From IMG/VR virus record IMGVR_UViG_3300021961_000021: DNA of 64,000 nucleotides; one strand, given 5' to 3'. The position numbers and the translations under genes are program-made. This stretch comes from a virus. Positions 10,238 to 20,600 of the stretch are shown piece by piece. Each line of letters begins with the position of its first letter. Within the stretch, counting starts at the first letter, position 1. The notes under the pieces are model-generated. The model saw nothing but the letters and a program-made list of their open reading frames with translations. It was not told the origin of the DNA and did not search any database.

Positions 10238-10306
10238 TTAGTGTGTCTCCGTATTGTTGTGTGTTGTGTGTTGTGTACTACCCCGTTAAGGGTAACATAC
10301 TATTTA
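10238..10306 (-). promoter_or_regulatory. g32 leader: late promoter, 5' hairpin and (ACACAAC)x3 unstructured tract
   Basis: TAAATA at 10301-10306, then TGTTACCCT-TAAC-GGGGTAGTA hairpin, three ACACAAC repeats at 10256-10276, and GGAG SD. Confidence 0.65.
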
Positions 10307-10657
10307 GTCCTGGTCAACCTGATCATCAATCTGTTTTCTCCAGTTCTTAAGTTTTGTTTCCATATCATCAAGAACTTGATTGATGGTCTTACCACCGCTG
10401 TATAAGTCGGTGATCTGATCGATGCGTATTTTTACATCGGATGCCTCGGGGTCCTCCAGTGCCAACAGAGCAATTCTAGCATAGAAAATCTTCTGTTTGG
10501 CGATCAGGGTCATCGTTTTGTCCAGATGATCGATACGTTCCTCCCGATCCATCATCGGGAAGCGCATTGAGATATCATACAAATCTTTGTATAGGGACTG
10601 CATATCAATCAGTTCTTGCTGAACGATTGATGAGTCATAAAAGTTATCGCCACTCAT
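10304..10657 (-). CDS. Conserved cyanophage protein (DUF1825-like)
   Basis: FYDSSIVQQEL...KQKIFYARI..DPEA motif, between g33 and g32. Confidence 0.7.
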   Translation of the reverse strand: MSGDNFYDSSIVQQELIDMQSLYKDLYDISMRFPMMDREERIDHLDKTMTLIAKQKIFYARIALLALEDPEASDVKIRIDQITDLYSGGKTINQVLDDMETKLKNWRKQIDDQVDQD

Positions 10658-10899
10658 AGTGGTAGCACTCCTCTTGAAGTTTTCTTCACATAATTAAGTT
10701 GCTGAGCAGTGTATTTGATTTTATCTTTCAGTGGTCTAGAGATAAGTTTCCCTACGGTTTCGACCTCGATATCAAACTCGTCACAGACAACTACGACGGC
10801 ATCAATATAGTTCGTCAGACCATTACTATTCTTCACCACCTCTTCAACAAGTGAAGAGAATTTTGTTTGCGTCATAAATTTGTCCTGGTATTCTTTCAT
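10654..10899 (-). CDS. g33: Late transcription coactivator gp33
   Basis: YIDAVV..C....IE.E.V.KLIS.PLKDKI...A..LNY. Confidence 0.9.
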   Translation of the reverse strand: MKEYQDKFMTQTKFSSLVEEVVKNSNGLTNYIDAVVVVCDEFDIEVETVGKLISRPLKDKIKYTAQQLNYVKKTSRGVLPL

Positions 10900-11567
10900 T
10901 TGATAGTCGATTCCATAAAATCATTAACGTATTCGCAAAGCAATTTGTAATAGTAATCCAAGTTACGTTTTTCGATTACTTGAACACTACCGTCTTCAAC
11001 CGCAATTATAGTTACGATTTTATCTACTTGTACACCACAACGTTCATAATACATCACAGCATATGCTGTTTCCTGTACAAAATAATTTTCGATCCAGGAT
11101 TCAGTCTTGGGTTTAGTTGATGTCTTGAAGTCAATGACAGCAAGTTCAGAATCAAACTCAGCAATACAATCTACACGTCCAGCAATCCGAAAGTGATCGC
11201 TATACAGAGGACTTTCAAGTAGATGTATGTTGTTGATTCTATCAAGTGTCTTTTGAGAAGACTGAAACATAAACTTAGGTAGTGGATGACTGTCGTCAAA
11301 CACCACTGGTTCGTTTCTTAGATATGATTCGGTATAAGAATGATAGCGATTACCTCGTGCAGTTGCCTGACCTGAGATCTTATTCGCTTGTTCATCACCG
11401 ACTCGTTTTCTCCACTTGATAATGGAATCCTTTTTGCGATGCCCTGTTACGGTGGTCACCGAAGGATACCATTTGCCCTCACCAACTTCATAAAGACGAA
11501 GACCGTTACCTTTGGTAACGGCATTCATTTCAGTCAGTGGAACTGGAGGTCCCACCATATTAAACAT
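10896..11567 (-). CDS. PD-(D/E)XK exonuclease (Cas4-like exonuclease of T4-like phages)
   Basis: YPSVTTV, AGRVDCIAE...IDFKTS and YFVQETAYA. Confidence 0.85.
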   Translation of the reverse strand: MFNMVGPPVPLTEMNAVTKGNGLRLYEVGEGKWYPSVTTVTGHRKKDSIIKWRKRVGDEQANKISGQATARGNRYHSYTESYLRNEPVVFDDSHPLPKFMFQSSQKTLDRINNIHLLESPLYSDHFRIAGRVDCIAEFDSELAVIDFKTSTKPKTESWIENYFVQETAYAVMYYERCGVQVDKIVTIIAVEDGSVQVIEKRNLDYYYKLLCEYVNDFMESTIK

Positions 11568-11569
11568 AA

Positions 11570-12319
11570 TTAAAACCCAAGATTAATTTTGCTGATCAGA
11601 TACTCACGGACAAGACCAGAGCGAACGATGTCTTCGATACCAAACTCAACACAATCAAACGACTTCATCGTTTGAAGGATTCTCATAAAGTCAAGTACAC
11701 CATTCTTTTCATTACTCTTAACCAAATCAGACTGAGTGTAATCGCCAGAGAAAATGATCTTACAATTTTCACCAACACGAGTAATCATACTATCAAGTTC
11801 GTGAAAATTCAAGTTACTAAATTCATCTACGATGACAACGCAGTTATCCATAGTCACACCGCGAATGAAACTGGTGGACCAGAATGAAATGGTTTCTTGA
11901 GCACGAAGATTATCGTAGAGCATTTCAAATGCAGGATCATCAGGCATTTGGAACATATACTTTACCATATTCTTATACGGAATTTGGTAAAGGTTTGATT
12001 TGTCTTCGTGATCTCCAGGAAGGAATCCAATCTCTCTCGTAGGAACAAGAGAACGAACCATATAAACCTTCTCATAGGGAGAAGATGGTTCCAGCACATC
12101 CTTGAGTGCTAGATACAGACTGATAAATGTTTTACCTGTACCTGCAGCACCGTGAAGAACTAGATTCTTTCCTTCAGCATACGAATTGAATACACGTTCT
12201 TGATTATCTGTAAGTGGTTCAATCACTTTAAGATGATCAAGATTGATTGGTTTCTTTCGTCTCATTTGTTTTGCACTCATACCAGACGGTGAAGGAGTTT
12301 TTCTCTTTCTTACAGGCAT
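11570..12319 (-). CDS. phoH: PhoH-like ATPase
   Basis: GAAGTGKT, GFLPG, FIRG.T, DEFSN and GDYTQSD. Start placed at MPVRK. Confidence 0.95.
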   Translation of the reverse strand: MPVRKRKTPSPSGMSAKQMRRKKPINLDHLKVIEPLTDNQERVFNSYAEGKNLVLHGAAGTGKTFISLYLALKDVLEPSSPYEKVYMVRSLVPTREIGFLPGDHEDKSNLYQIPYKNMVKYMFQMPDDPAFEMLYDNLRAQETISFWSTSFIRGVTMDNCVVIVDEFSNLNFHELDSMITRVGENCKIIFSGDYTQSDLVKSNEKNGVLDFMRILQTMKSFDCVEFGIEDIVRSGLVREYLISKINLGF

Positions 12320-12320
12320 A

Positions 12321-12551
12321 CTAAGTAAATCTCGATAGGTTAGCACCAGGGTGAGCCTTTTGGATCTTCTGCATTACAGATTTAAATCCGTCTGACTGCT
12401 TTGGTTTACCATAGATGGCACTGTTGTTTTGATTTCCAAAGTACCGTTCTAATTCTGGGTGCTCTTCTTTGTATTTATCAAGGTCTTTGATAGACATTAC
12501 TTCAGTAATTATCTCTCCAGTTTCCTTGTTTCTAAAATCATAGGTTGGCAT
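12321..12551 (-). CDS. Conserved small cyanophage protein (FmdB-like MPTY N-terminus)
   Basis: MPTYDFRNKETGE. Usual position upstream of phoH. Confidence 0.7.
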   Translation of the reverse strand: MPTYDFRNKETGEIITEVMSIKDLDKYKEEHPELERYFGNQNNSAIYGKPKQSDGFKSVMQKIQKAHPGANLSRFT

Positions 12552-12766
12552 TAGAGTTTGTCCTTATCAAATTGTTTGATCATTTTTTTCATCTCTCGTT
12601 TCATTCGTCTAGCCATAAAAAACATTTGCAGTCGTATTCGGAGGTACTTTATGTTCAATTCAATATAGTATATCAGTTCTTCAAGAGACTGGTATCCGTA
12701 TATTGCCACAAAGATAACGACAATAATTATTGTTAGGTATAGACCTAGAAGATGAGATGGTATCAT
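12551..12766 (-). CDS. Small membrane protein
   Basis: Hydrophobic N-terminal helix and basic tail. Coupled to neighbouring genes. Confidence 0.5.
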   Translation of the reverse strand: MIPSHLLGLYLTIIIVVIFVAIYGYQSLEELIYYIELNIKYLRIRLQMFFMARRMKREMKKMIKQFDKDKL

Positions 12767-13503
12767 TCGATTTTCAGGCAGGGTTGTAGCGAACTACCAT
12801 AATCATCATCACAATCACAATCATTACACCACTCAAGTGCTTTGGAAGTAATTGGAAACTGGCAAATGAAATGCTTTCGGCAAGCTTCTGCAATCATCAT
12901 ATGCTCTTTCTGAGTTCCGTGTGCAGATCTCAGATTGATATAATGGATCCACGAGCGAACTGATCCCGTCATATAGATTTTGGTTGGTGTGGCGAGAGGG
13001 AGCACCATCCTTGCACATTCCTTTGCGACTCCGTGAGAAATCAGTTGACGATAAAGATTTCGTGCCTCCTCAAAGTGCTGTGCAATCTTTCCTTGGAGTT
13101 GGAGTTTTTCATATTCTCCCATATCATCGATACTATTTTGCCTGTTCTTAGTATCTTGCCGACGCAAGTCGGGAATGGGAATGTATTCATCAAGCAACAG
13201 ATCGGTATCAGCATACCGCTGCGAGAACTCTTGATATGTGAACGACCTATGACGCAAAATTTGAGCCGCGATTGCCCGTGTAGTGTTGATTTCTAGGGTC
13301 ATATGTGCTTGCTCAAACACAGACCAATGCCCGTGCTTAATACAATAACTCAGCAGACCTTCAACCTTTGGGTTATCTTGATTGGCAGGATTGCTCACAC
13401 GAGCAATGTAACCCATCGTTGCCTCAGCATCAGGTGTTACAGTGATCAAACATACCGATTCTTTATTCATTTTAGCAGCATACGAGAGAGTACAAGAAGG
13501 CAC
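12763..13503 (-). CDS. thyX: Flavin-dependent thymidylate synthase ThyX
   Basis: HWSVFE and RHRSFTYQEFSQRY ThyX signature. Confidence 0.97.
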   Translation of the reverse strand: MPSCTLSYAAKMNKESVCLITVTPDAEATMGYIARVSNPANQDNPKVEGLLSYCIKHGHWSVFEQAHMTLEINTTRAIAAQILRHRSFTYQEFSQRYADTDLLLDEYIPIPDLRRQDTKNRQNSIDDMGEYEKLQLQGKIAQHFEEARNLYRQLISHGVAKECARMVLPLATPTKIYMTGSVRSWIHYINLRSAHGTQKEHMMIAEACRKHFICQFPITSKALEWCNDCDCDDDYGSSLQPCLKIE

Positions 13504-13733
13504 AGTGCCTGAAAATAATTAATGGTCTTGAGTCCAAAGATAACTGGAAGACTCCAGTTCCACGAGAACATTATAATGGCAGGACCAAAGATTGCAATAC
13601 TTAGAAATTTTACCACATCTTCCGAAGAAACAACTTCATCCTTTGGTTGTTCCTCAGGTACATCCTCTGGTGTTGTTACTTTATTAAACGTGTAAATCAT
13701 TTTTTCTTTTTGTCCGTTACTTGGTATTCCCAT
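13467..13733 (-). CDS. Hypothetical membrane protein
   Basis: Two hydrophobic segments. Operon-like packing. Confidence 0.55.
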   Translation of the reverse strand: MGIPSNGQKEKMIYTFNKVTTPEDVPEEQPKDEVVSSEDVVKFLSIAIFGPAIIMFSWNWSLPVIFGLKTINYFQALCLLVLSRMLLK

Positions 13734-13966
13734 AATTTAGGATTGAGCCTCCCCTCAGATTGTTTAAATCCAATAAAGTCTTCACGATATCGATCCCAGT
13801 ACCAGTCAAACATTTCAGATTGATTTCTTGGAATCACAAGATCATAACAGACTGCACCATCTATTTGATATTCTACAAGATAGCAGGTGTATGGGAGCTG
13901 TCGATTGTTTGCTTCACTCGGATCACAATTCTGTTTTAATATCTTCATCAGCCACGATTTCCCCAA
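13697..13966 (-). CDS. Conserved cyanophage hypothetical protein
   Basis: CDPS.AN...LPY..YLVEY...GRLNPKLW. Confidence 0.65.
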   Translation of the reverse strand: MGKSWLMKILKQNCDPSEANNRQLPYTCYLVEYQIDGAVCYDLVIPRNQSEMFDWYWDRYREDFIGFKQSEGRLNPKLWEYQVTDKKKK

Positions 13967-14379
13967 GTAATTTGTGGAAATGCTTCAGATACAACTGACT
14001 TAGTGATTCGATATTTGTCCTGAAGTTTCTTGTCTTTAACAAGAACAACGACATTTGCTTCTTCAGGATGCAAACCTTCCAGCAACTGAATGAACATTGC
14101 TTCTCTACGAAGTGCGGGGATATCACTACCACCTTTCACAAAGTAGAACAGTTTACGTCCTTCAGTTTCTAGACGAGTGTGTTGAGTGCCTACAGGTGCA
14201 GGGTTGGGAGTGAAAGGAACCTCACCCTCAGGAAGAAGAGAAACAACACTCTCATCAAAGTTCCAGATGAAAAGAGATCTGAGAGTTTGACTGTTGTTCT
14301 CCCTAAGAATTTTAATCTTTTCTACTTTGGTCTTTGCATTAGATGCCTTCTGTAGAATTTCGGAAATGAGCAGTTTCAT
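13948..14379 (-). CDS. Conserved T4-like hypothetical protein next to rnh
   Basis: LISEILQKAS...LLPEGEVPF...RE.MFIQLLEGLHPEEA. Confidence 0.75.
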   Translation of the reverse strand: MKLLISEILQKASNAKTKVEKIKILRENNSQTLRSLFIWNFDESVVSLLPEGEVPFTPNPAPVGTQHTRLETEGRKLFYFVKGGSDIPALRREAMFIQLLEGLHPEEANVVVLVKDKKLQDKYRITKSVVSEAFPQITWGNRG

Positions 14380-14381
14380 AA

Positions 14382-15260
14382 TTAGAATTCACTTATGTTT
14401 TGCATTAGATCATTCAGTTGATACTTAACGAAGTAGTCAATTACCGTAGATCTATTAGGTGGAATTAAAGATTCATAGTTATCTATAATCTTTTCCTCAA
14501 GGTCTTCTGGGATGTATGCGAAATCGATGAGCATTTGATTGCGTCGATATTGCTCCAATGTCTGTGCATCATAACAGAAATCTTCTGGAGACATCGTAGA
14601 CCATTGAGCAAGTTTAATTTTTGATAATGGTTTTTGTCTACGACCTTCAACCAAACATCTATCATCAGATAGAAAATTTGGAATCCCATCACTACGATCA
14701 CCCTTCAGTACGTGCTCTGAGATATACAGATTGGGATCAATATTCTCAACATACTTTTTAAGCATCGGATTGAATTGGGTTACATACCCATACCTCTTAA
14801 GTTGAATGAAGTCTTTATCACCCGAGATAATCAAAGTCTTCACTGGTGGTTGCATATTATTTTGCAGTCTGATGTTTGCCAGACCTTGCTGCTTACACAA
14901 AATAGCAATCACATCATCTGCTTCTGCACCATCAACCTCAACAACTTTATAAGGAAGATTGGAACGAAACTCATCCTTCAACTTATTCAGAACATCGAAG
15001 ATGTTATCCCAGTTATGCTTCGATACCTCACGGTCTTTCTTTCGTGTTCCTTTGTAGCAAGGAAACACTTTACGTCGCCAGTAGTGGCGACTGTCGTAAC
15101 ATAAAACAAGTTCGCCATACATCTTGTAGAACTGCGATCGATATTTACGCAGTGAGTTCAAGATCATATGACGAACTAGGTCTTCTTTCAACTCATCAGA
15201 TTGATTGAGCGAAACCATAAGGTTTGCGATCATCACCTGATTCATATCAATGAGAATCAT
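14382..15260 (-). CDS. rnh: RNase H / 5'-3' exonuclease
   Basis: MILIDMNQ, EADD, ISGDKDFIQL and GDRSDGIPN. Confidence 0.95.
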   Translation of the reverse strand: MILIDMNQVMIANLMVSLNQSDELKEDLVRHMILNSLRKYRSQFYKMYGELVLCYDSRHYWRRKVFPCYKGTRKKDREVSKHNWDNIFDVLNKLKDEFRSNLPYKVVEVDGAEADDVIAILCKQQGLANIRLQNNMQPPVKTLIISGDKDFIQLKRYGYVTQFNPMLKKYVENIDPNLYISEHVLKGDRSDGIPNFLSDDRCLVEGRRQKPLSKIKLAQWSTMSPEDFCYDAQTLEQYRRNQMLIDFAYIPEDLEEKIIDNYESLIPPNRSTVIDYFVKYQLNDLMQNISEF

Positions 15261-15262
15261 AG

Positions 15263-15505
15263 TCAGTCGTCGTCTTCGTCATCAATCATATCATCTTCAT
15301 CCGCAATACGCAAGTAGAGAAGTTCTGACGGGTCAACAAATTCACCATCCATCTGCATCTCTGGATGCATTACCACAGCAGCATACTCAGCTCGCTCTTT
15401 CCATTGATCGAATACATCTTTGAGATTCCAGGAGGAAATAAATCCCAACAGAAAACTCCCAATGGTTAGGAAGAAAGCGATGTAAAGGAAAGTTAAATCT
15501 GCCAT
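15263..15505 (-). CDS. Conserved small membrane protein
   Basis: N-terminal TM helix, HPEM motif and acidic tail. Late promoter at 15528. Confidence 0.65.
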   Translation of the reverse strand: MADLTFLYIAFFLTIGSFLLGFISSWNLKDVFDQWKERAEYAAVVMHPEMQMDGEFVDPSELLYLRIADEDDMIDDEDDD

Positions 15506-15526
15506 TGCAATCCCCCAATTTTTTAA

Positions 15527-15883
15527 TTATTTAGTTGCCTTTTTACGACCAGGGCGGCGGTCTTTTTCATACTGCCAGGCATCCTCAAGAATACCAGTCA
15601 GAAACTTGAGCACCTTCCTTGCTACTGGTTTTGGAATGTGTCCATATGCTTCACGCAAAACTGGACTACCACCTTTGATGTAGTCTTCCAGATCCATACA
15701 AGTAGAAGACAGATTTGCTGCTGTAGTGCTCTCAATAAATTGAGTGCATTCACGACGAGTAAACTTCTGGGTCTTCAGAATAGGATACAGTTTCATAAGA
15801 AACTTTTGTTCTGTTACAGCAGCATCAAGTGCTCTCTCAACAAGGGCACAAAGTTCTTCAACTTTTCCAATGTCAGTTTTCAA
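15527..15883 (-). CDS. Conserved cyanophage hypothetical protein
   Basis: LREAYGHIPKP.ARK...D...YEKDRRPGRKK. Confidence 0.65.
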   Translation of the reverse strand: MKTDIGKVEELCALVERALDAAVTEQKFLMKLYPILKTQKFTRRECTQFIESTTAANLSSTCMDLEDYIKGGSPVLREAYGHIPKPVARKVLKFLTGILEDAWQYEKDRRPGRKKATK

Positions 15884-16125
15884 ATCAGTCCTCGCTTTTT
15901 CAGATAAGAAACAGTTTCATTACACCCACCAGTTTTCTCACCATCGATAATGACTTGTGGGAAAGTAGATCCGTGACCAAATTCAGAATAGAATTGTTCA
16001 CGGGTAAAGTTTACATCAAGAACGTATTCTCGGAAAGTCCATCCCTTCAATGTAAAGACTTGTTTAATCTTTGTACAAAAAGGGCAGCCAGGTTTTGTAT
16101 AAATTGCGGAGTTCTTAGGGGTCAT
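15880..16125 (-). CDS. nrdC: Glutaredoxin
   Basis: YTKPGCPFC and TFPQV...GG motifs. Confidence 0.92.
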   Translation of the reverse strand: MTPKNSAIYTKPGCPFCTKIKQVFTLKGWTFREYVLDVNFTREQFYSEFGHGSTFPQVIIDGEKTGGCNETVSYLKKRGLI

Positions 16126-16129
16126 AGCA

Positions 16130-16750
16130 CTAATTTAAATGGACGTTAAATGCAATAGAATAACGTGGTCGTTCGATTTGATTTGCTTCGGTAGAATGTT
16201 CTAACCAAGAAGGAAATAAAACTAAAGATTCTGGTGTCGGATCAAAATAGATCCCTTCCTCAGTACCAAACATACACATCTTAGCATATGGATTTGGATT
16301 GTAAAAAAGGATTCCACCTTGTTCAGGAACAGTTCTGTGATAGTACACACCAGATATAATATGTCCAGCGTGAGTGTGTCTGACCTGTGCTTTGCCCTTT
16401 GGGCACACATTAATCCACGACTGACTGATCAACCAACCACCCTTCAATGGTTCTATATATGCGTGTGCACTATCAGGAACAGAAATTTTTGTCTGAGACA
16501 AATAACATTCAACCTGTTCCCCAATAAATGCTTCCAACTTTGGCATCGGATGTTCCTTAAACAACTGGAGTAAATGTTGTTTTGCGTGTGTACCGTGCAA
16601 AGTTTCTTGCATAGCATAAGGTGACAAATAAGAACTGTTCTTCCAGTTCCCAGTTGTCTCCAGGGTATCAATCACTTGATCTATCTCAGCAATAATTTCA
16701 GGATCAGAATGATTTGCTGGATGGATTCGTGTGGGAAATAGATCAATCAT
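16130..16750 (-). CDS. 2OG-Fe(II) oxygenase (TIGR02466-like)
   Basis: HTH...SGVYY, FPSWLEH and YSIAFN. Start moved to MIDLFP because the longer ORF begins inside the tRNA. Confidence 0.85.
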   Translation of the reverse strand: MIDLFPTRIHPANHSDPEIIAEIDQVIDTLETTGNWKNSSYLSPYAMQETLHGTHAKQHLLQLFKEHPMPKLEAFIGEQVECYLSQTKISVPDSAHAYIEPLKGGWLISQSWINVCPKGKAQVRHTHAGHIISGVYYHRTVPEQGGILFYNPNPYAKMCMFGTEEGIYFDPTPESLVLFPSWLEHSTEANQIERPRYSIAFNVHLN

Positions 16751-17003
16751 AAACGGAAGGAGGGGGAGTCGAACCCCCAAGGCTGTTACACTCAACTGTT
16801 TTCAAGACAGGTTCCGTCGCCAATCGGATTGCCCTTCCATCTGTATTACCATCGTTCCAATGCCTAACCGCGTTAGCAACAATAGCAATGTTTGTGATCA
16901 GATAGGTAGCAAAGATTACTGTACGAATCAATGCTACTCTATCAGATTCTTGGTCGCAATTACTTGCTTTCTGCCCTAATGCTTTGCACCACAGGTTCCA
17001 CAT
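16743..17003 (-). CDS. Small membrane protein whose 3' end overlaps tRNA-Ser
   Basis: MWNLWCKALG.KA...D.VA.IRT...TN..IVA...RHWN cyanophage-type peptide. No stop until after the tRNA. Confidence 0.6.
   Translation of the reverse strand: MWNLWCKALGQKASNCDQESDRVALIRTVIFATYLITNIAIVANAVRHWNDGNTDGRAIRLATEPVLKTVECNSLGGSTPPPSVYD
16754..16838 (-). tRNA. trnS: tRNA-Ser(TGA)
   Basis: GGAAGGG...CTCCTTCC-G acceptor, anticodon loop CTTGAAA, long variable arm, GGTTCGACTCC T-arm. 85 nt, no encoded CCA. Confidence 0.92.
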
Positions 17004-17196
17004 TACGTTGTTCTACTTTAATCAAACGTTCGTTAAGATCATAGTGTAAAATGTGGTTTTCTGTCAAGACGTAGTGCCCAATAATCTTGGTTCCATCGTC
17101 GTCCCACCCATAAGCGAGGATGTGTTCGTTAACATCATCGTGCTTCAAGTAATCATTATTTAGATAGTGGTTGTAACGTTGATGGAGATTAAGCAT
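16960..17196 (-). CDS. Hypothetical protein
   Basis: 78-aa ORF packed with overlaps. Confidence 0.5.
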   Translation of the reverse strand: MLNLHQRYNHYLNNDYLKHDDVNEHILAYGWDDDGTKIIGHYVLTENHILHYDLNERLIKVEQRNVEPVVQSIRAESK

Positions 17197-17410
17197 TTAC
17201 CAGTTCCTCCTGCTTAAGTGCGGTGAGTTGTTCCTGGCATAGTCTAATACATTCGTCTCGGTAAAACATTAAATCATCATAACAGTTTTCGTCGTGGGCA
17301 GTCGTTCTCAATTCAATATCAGGTTTGTACAGACTCTCGATCAGAAGGGTCAATGCCGTCCGTCTCGTCTCGATCTCTAACTGCTTCATCAAGAAGACCC
17401 TCCGTGACAA
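17189..17410 (-). CDS. Hypothetical protein
   Basis: 73-aa ORF; LIESL.KPD.ELR..AH...C motif. Confidence 0.5.
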   Translation of the reverse strand: MSRRVFLMKQLEIETRRTALTLLIESLYKPDIELRTTAHDENCYDDLMFYRDECIRLCQEQLTALKQEELVNA

Positions 17411-17606
17411 TTTCGCTCACATTATATAGTGTATCATCGATCCGATTGATCTCACCCAGAACAGATCGATAATATTTCTTAGTCTTTTTAAGATGACGTT
17501 TCATTGCCTGAGGATCCTTTTGATGTTTCCTAAGACCTTGAGTGATACTCTTCAACTCATCGTGGGATTTTTTCAATCGCCTATCCCAATAAGATTCATT
17601 CTTCAT
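17319..17606 (-). CDS. Hypothetical protein
   Basis: 95-aa ORF coupled (ATGA) to the upstream large gene. Confidence 0.55.
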   Translation of the reverse strand: MKNESYWDRRLKKSHDELKSITQGLRKHQKDPQAMKRHLKKTKKYYRSVLGEINRIDDTLYNVSEIVTEGLLDEAVRDRDETDGIDPSDRESVQT

Positions 17607-20600
17607 TGTGCATCCTTAATAATAATTCGGTAGTCTCTAAACTGTGATGTCTTAGCCCGTGACGCATTACTATACCATATCGTAGAAGTTTTGTCGTGGG
17701 ATTTCTGATAGATTGCCCACTTAGCACTTCTGGTAAGAATGCCCAGGTGGAAGTTCTTAATCTTGATTTTCTTAGGTAGATTTCTATTGTCTGGATAGTA
17801 AGGAGACTCAATGTTTGATCCATTATTGTCAATAACATTTGGATCTGGCCAAGTATATGTGTACTCCTGATCATCAGAATACCCTGTGCCAGCAGATACT
17901 ACACTATCGATTCTCCAGCGAATATTATATCCTGCTTTTGATTCGTTGACACCTTCGACAAGATCGTATGCCTCTTTAATGTACACCGTTCCCTTCATCC
18001 TGACCTTGAAAGCATTACCACCATCGGGAACAATCACATCGTGATAGAAATTAACATCCTCATTGGCACCTAGTTTTCTAGTCAAATACTGAACAAATGT
18101 AACTGGTTCATTGTAAAGATCGGAAATCGAACTTGAGTTATCCTTCAACTTATCAGTGAACAAAACCTCTGCCAGTTCATTAACTGCTGAGTCATAGTAT
18201 GCTCCAGTATTTACAGAGCCGACAAGCATCAGAGCAGGGTCAGGAACACCGAAATTACCTTGCTCAGCATCTTCGGTACTCGCACCGAAACTCATCCCCA
18301 CTACAGCGCCACTGGAGGGGCACTCAGAACCGTTTATGCTATCGATCCTGACGCCAAGGAACCACTTCTTACCATTCGTCTTGTTCTTGCCAAGGAAGAC
18401 TCGTTCAAGTTGATTGGCGCGGAATCCACCATTACCAGTGTCAAGGACTCCGAGAACTTTAAATCTCATACGACCACCACTGATGGACTCATACTGAATG
18501 GATACGGTGAACCCCTTATCTCCACCAACTTCCCTCATCATAATACCAAGACTGTTATCGCTAGTCTTCTTACTGCCATCAACGTATGTCGGTCTCGGAT
18601 CAACTATCAGATAATTATTAGTGACACTACCGTTCCAAGCAACCGTACTGTTTGAAGAGTTATCAAGATCATACAAACTAATTTGTCCTGGGATGCCACA
18701 CTTAGCAACAGCAGCAGAACTGACATACCCAGCCTCAATCTCTTCCAGGGTCTGTGAAGTAGTAGTTATATTAACCGTCCAATTCATTTCAATCGATTGA
18801 GAATCTTCATTCCAAATAGCCCAGGCTGGGGAGCAAGTTCCATTGTAATGCCCATTATCGACACTTACAATTTGGAATGTTATATCATCGCCTTCAACTA
18901 CACTGAATGAATGTAGAAGATGACCAATCTCTCTCCACTCAGATACTGTCACACTATCAGTAAAGATTTGTGATCCGTTCTTCAATAACTTATAGGTGAA
19001 TTGGGTACATTCCCCAAACCCACCAGTAATACCACCGTGGGATCTCAAGGAGAGATTACCACTCTTAGTGATACCAATCGTTTGGGTGATGTTGTTCTTG
19101 GTACTGTACTCACCATCACAAGCACTACACCCAGAAGCACCACTATCATCCCATTCATCTACGCCACCACATCCGTGACGCATAATGAAAGCATCTTTGA
19201 ATGTGTTAACCGCTACAGAACCATCACATCCATCACTATAGTTCAGATCCCTATAGACAGGAGCCTTAAGTTCTGTGAAAACATAGCACTGCACACCTTC
19301 AAAATACCAATTGCTATTCTCATAACCCAATCTAAATGAGATCTTAACATCATCATAATCATCATCACCAGAGATAAGATCTTCCCACCACTGCCACCAA
19401 GTAGATGTCCAGCGAGTAAATCTTTTATTATTAACGTTCAGTCTCTTCTCACTGAATAACGTATAGTTGGATTCGGCAGATGCAAGATTAGATTTCCAAC
19501 CATTTCCAGTGTCAGTAAACGTTACGGATTGACCCACAGATAGACTGTTCCTTCTATTGCCATCAGGAACAAGAAAAAATCCAAGTCTACAGGGAGCATA
19601 CTGATTGATTATGGATGCGGGAATTGTGTATGACTTTTTTCCAGATGCATCTGTAGCATTCTTGAAAATAACTTCTCCGTATACTGGATTCTTATTGCTA
19701 TCGGTGAGATAATAACCGAAAGTATTTTCGTAACCAGCACTACCTTTCTTGGAATTGAATTTAATTTTCAATCCAGACTCAACTTTATCGGTCAGCCTAT
19801 AGTATCCCTTCTCCAGCACAGGCACTAGAAGAGGTCCACCAATAGGAGACAATGTATATCTGTGATCCTTTCTGTTTGGATTGTAGTAACGATACAATGG
19901 TGCTGCCTGTTCAGCATCAACCAATGCACCAACTGCATCTGAAGATTCATTAAATGCATAGAACATAACCGTGTTTCTGGATCCATAGTTTCCAGCATCC
20001 ATTGTTGCCTTCTCTGCACCAGGCTGAGTTGTCAGGAAGGTATCAGTATCTTGAGCAGAGTATGAGACATACACGGGAACAGAGTTGCGTACCTCTTCAG
20101 TCTCTAATCCATAGAATGCGATTCTTGTATCAGAATATCCAGCGGGAGTTGCTGAGGTAAGGGTATAGGCATAGTCAGTTGAACTAACGTGTTCATAAAT
20201 CGGAATTCTTGGAGCAACACAATTTTCTACACAAATTTTCTTTGTGTATCCAAACTGTTTCTTAGGAACATAGGTATCGCAGTCTGCCTGTGGCGGTTTC
20301 CAAGTTCCACCAGAATACGGTTTAAAGATGCAATCAATATGATCTTTGATGCATTGTTCGTAGTCGTAATTCTTACTGCAATCAACCAGTCCACCATCAG
20401 GACCATTCAAACATAAGTCTCCAGATGTGGGGTCTGCTGGATCTGGATTGGTGAACCTAATTTTTGATGGGGAATTCAGTGGTAAAGGCATACCAACTGA
20501 TTGCATCCAATCAAACAGAAACCCAAGATCAACATCAATTGGACTTACTTTATTTGCAGCAGGGTCTGCTGCAGGCACAAAGTTCCTGATTGATTGCGGT

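Noticed and set aside
10896-11567. Cas4-like nuclease as sign of a CRISPR system
   Set aside because: No repeat-spacer array or other cas genes in the window; this exonuclease is a routine neighbour of g33 and phoH.
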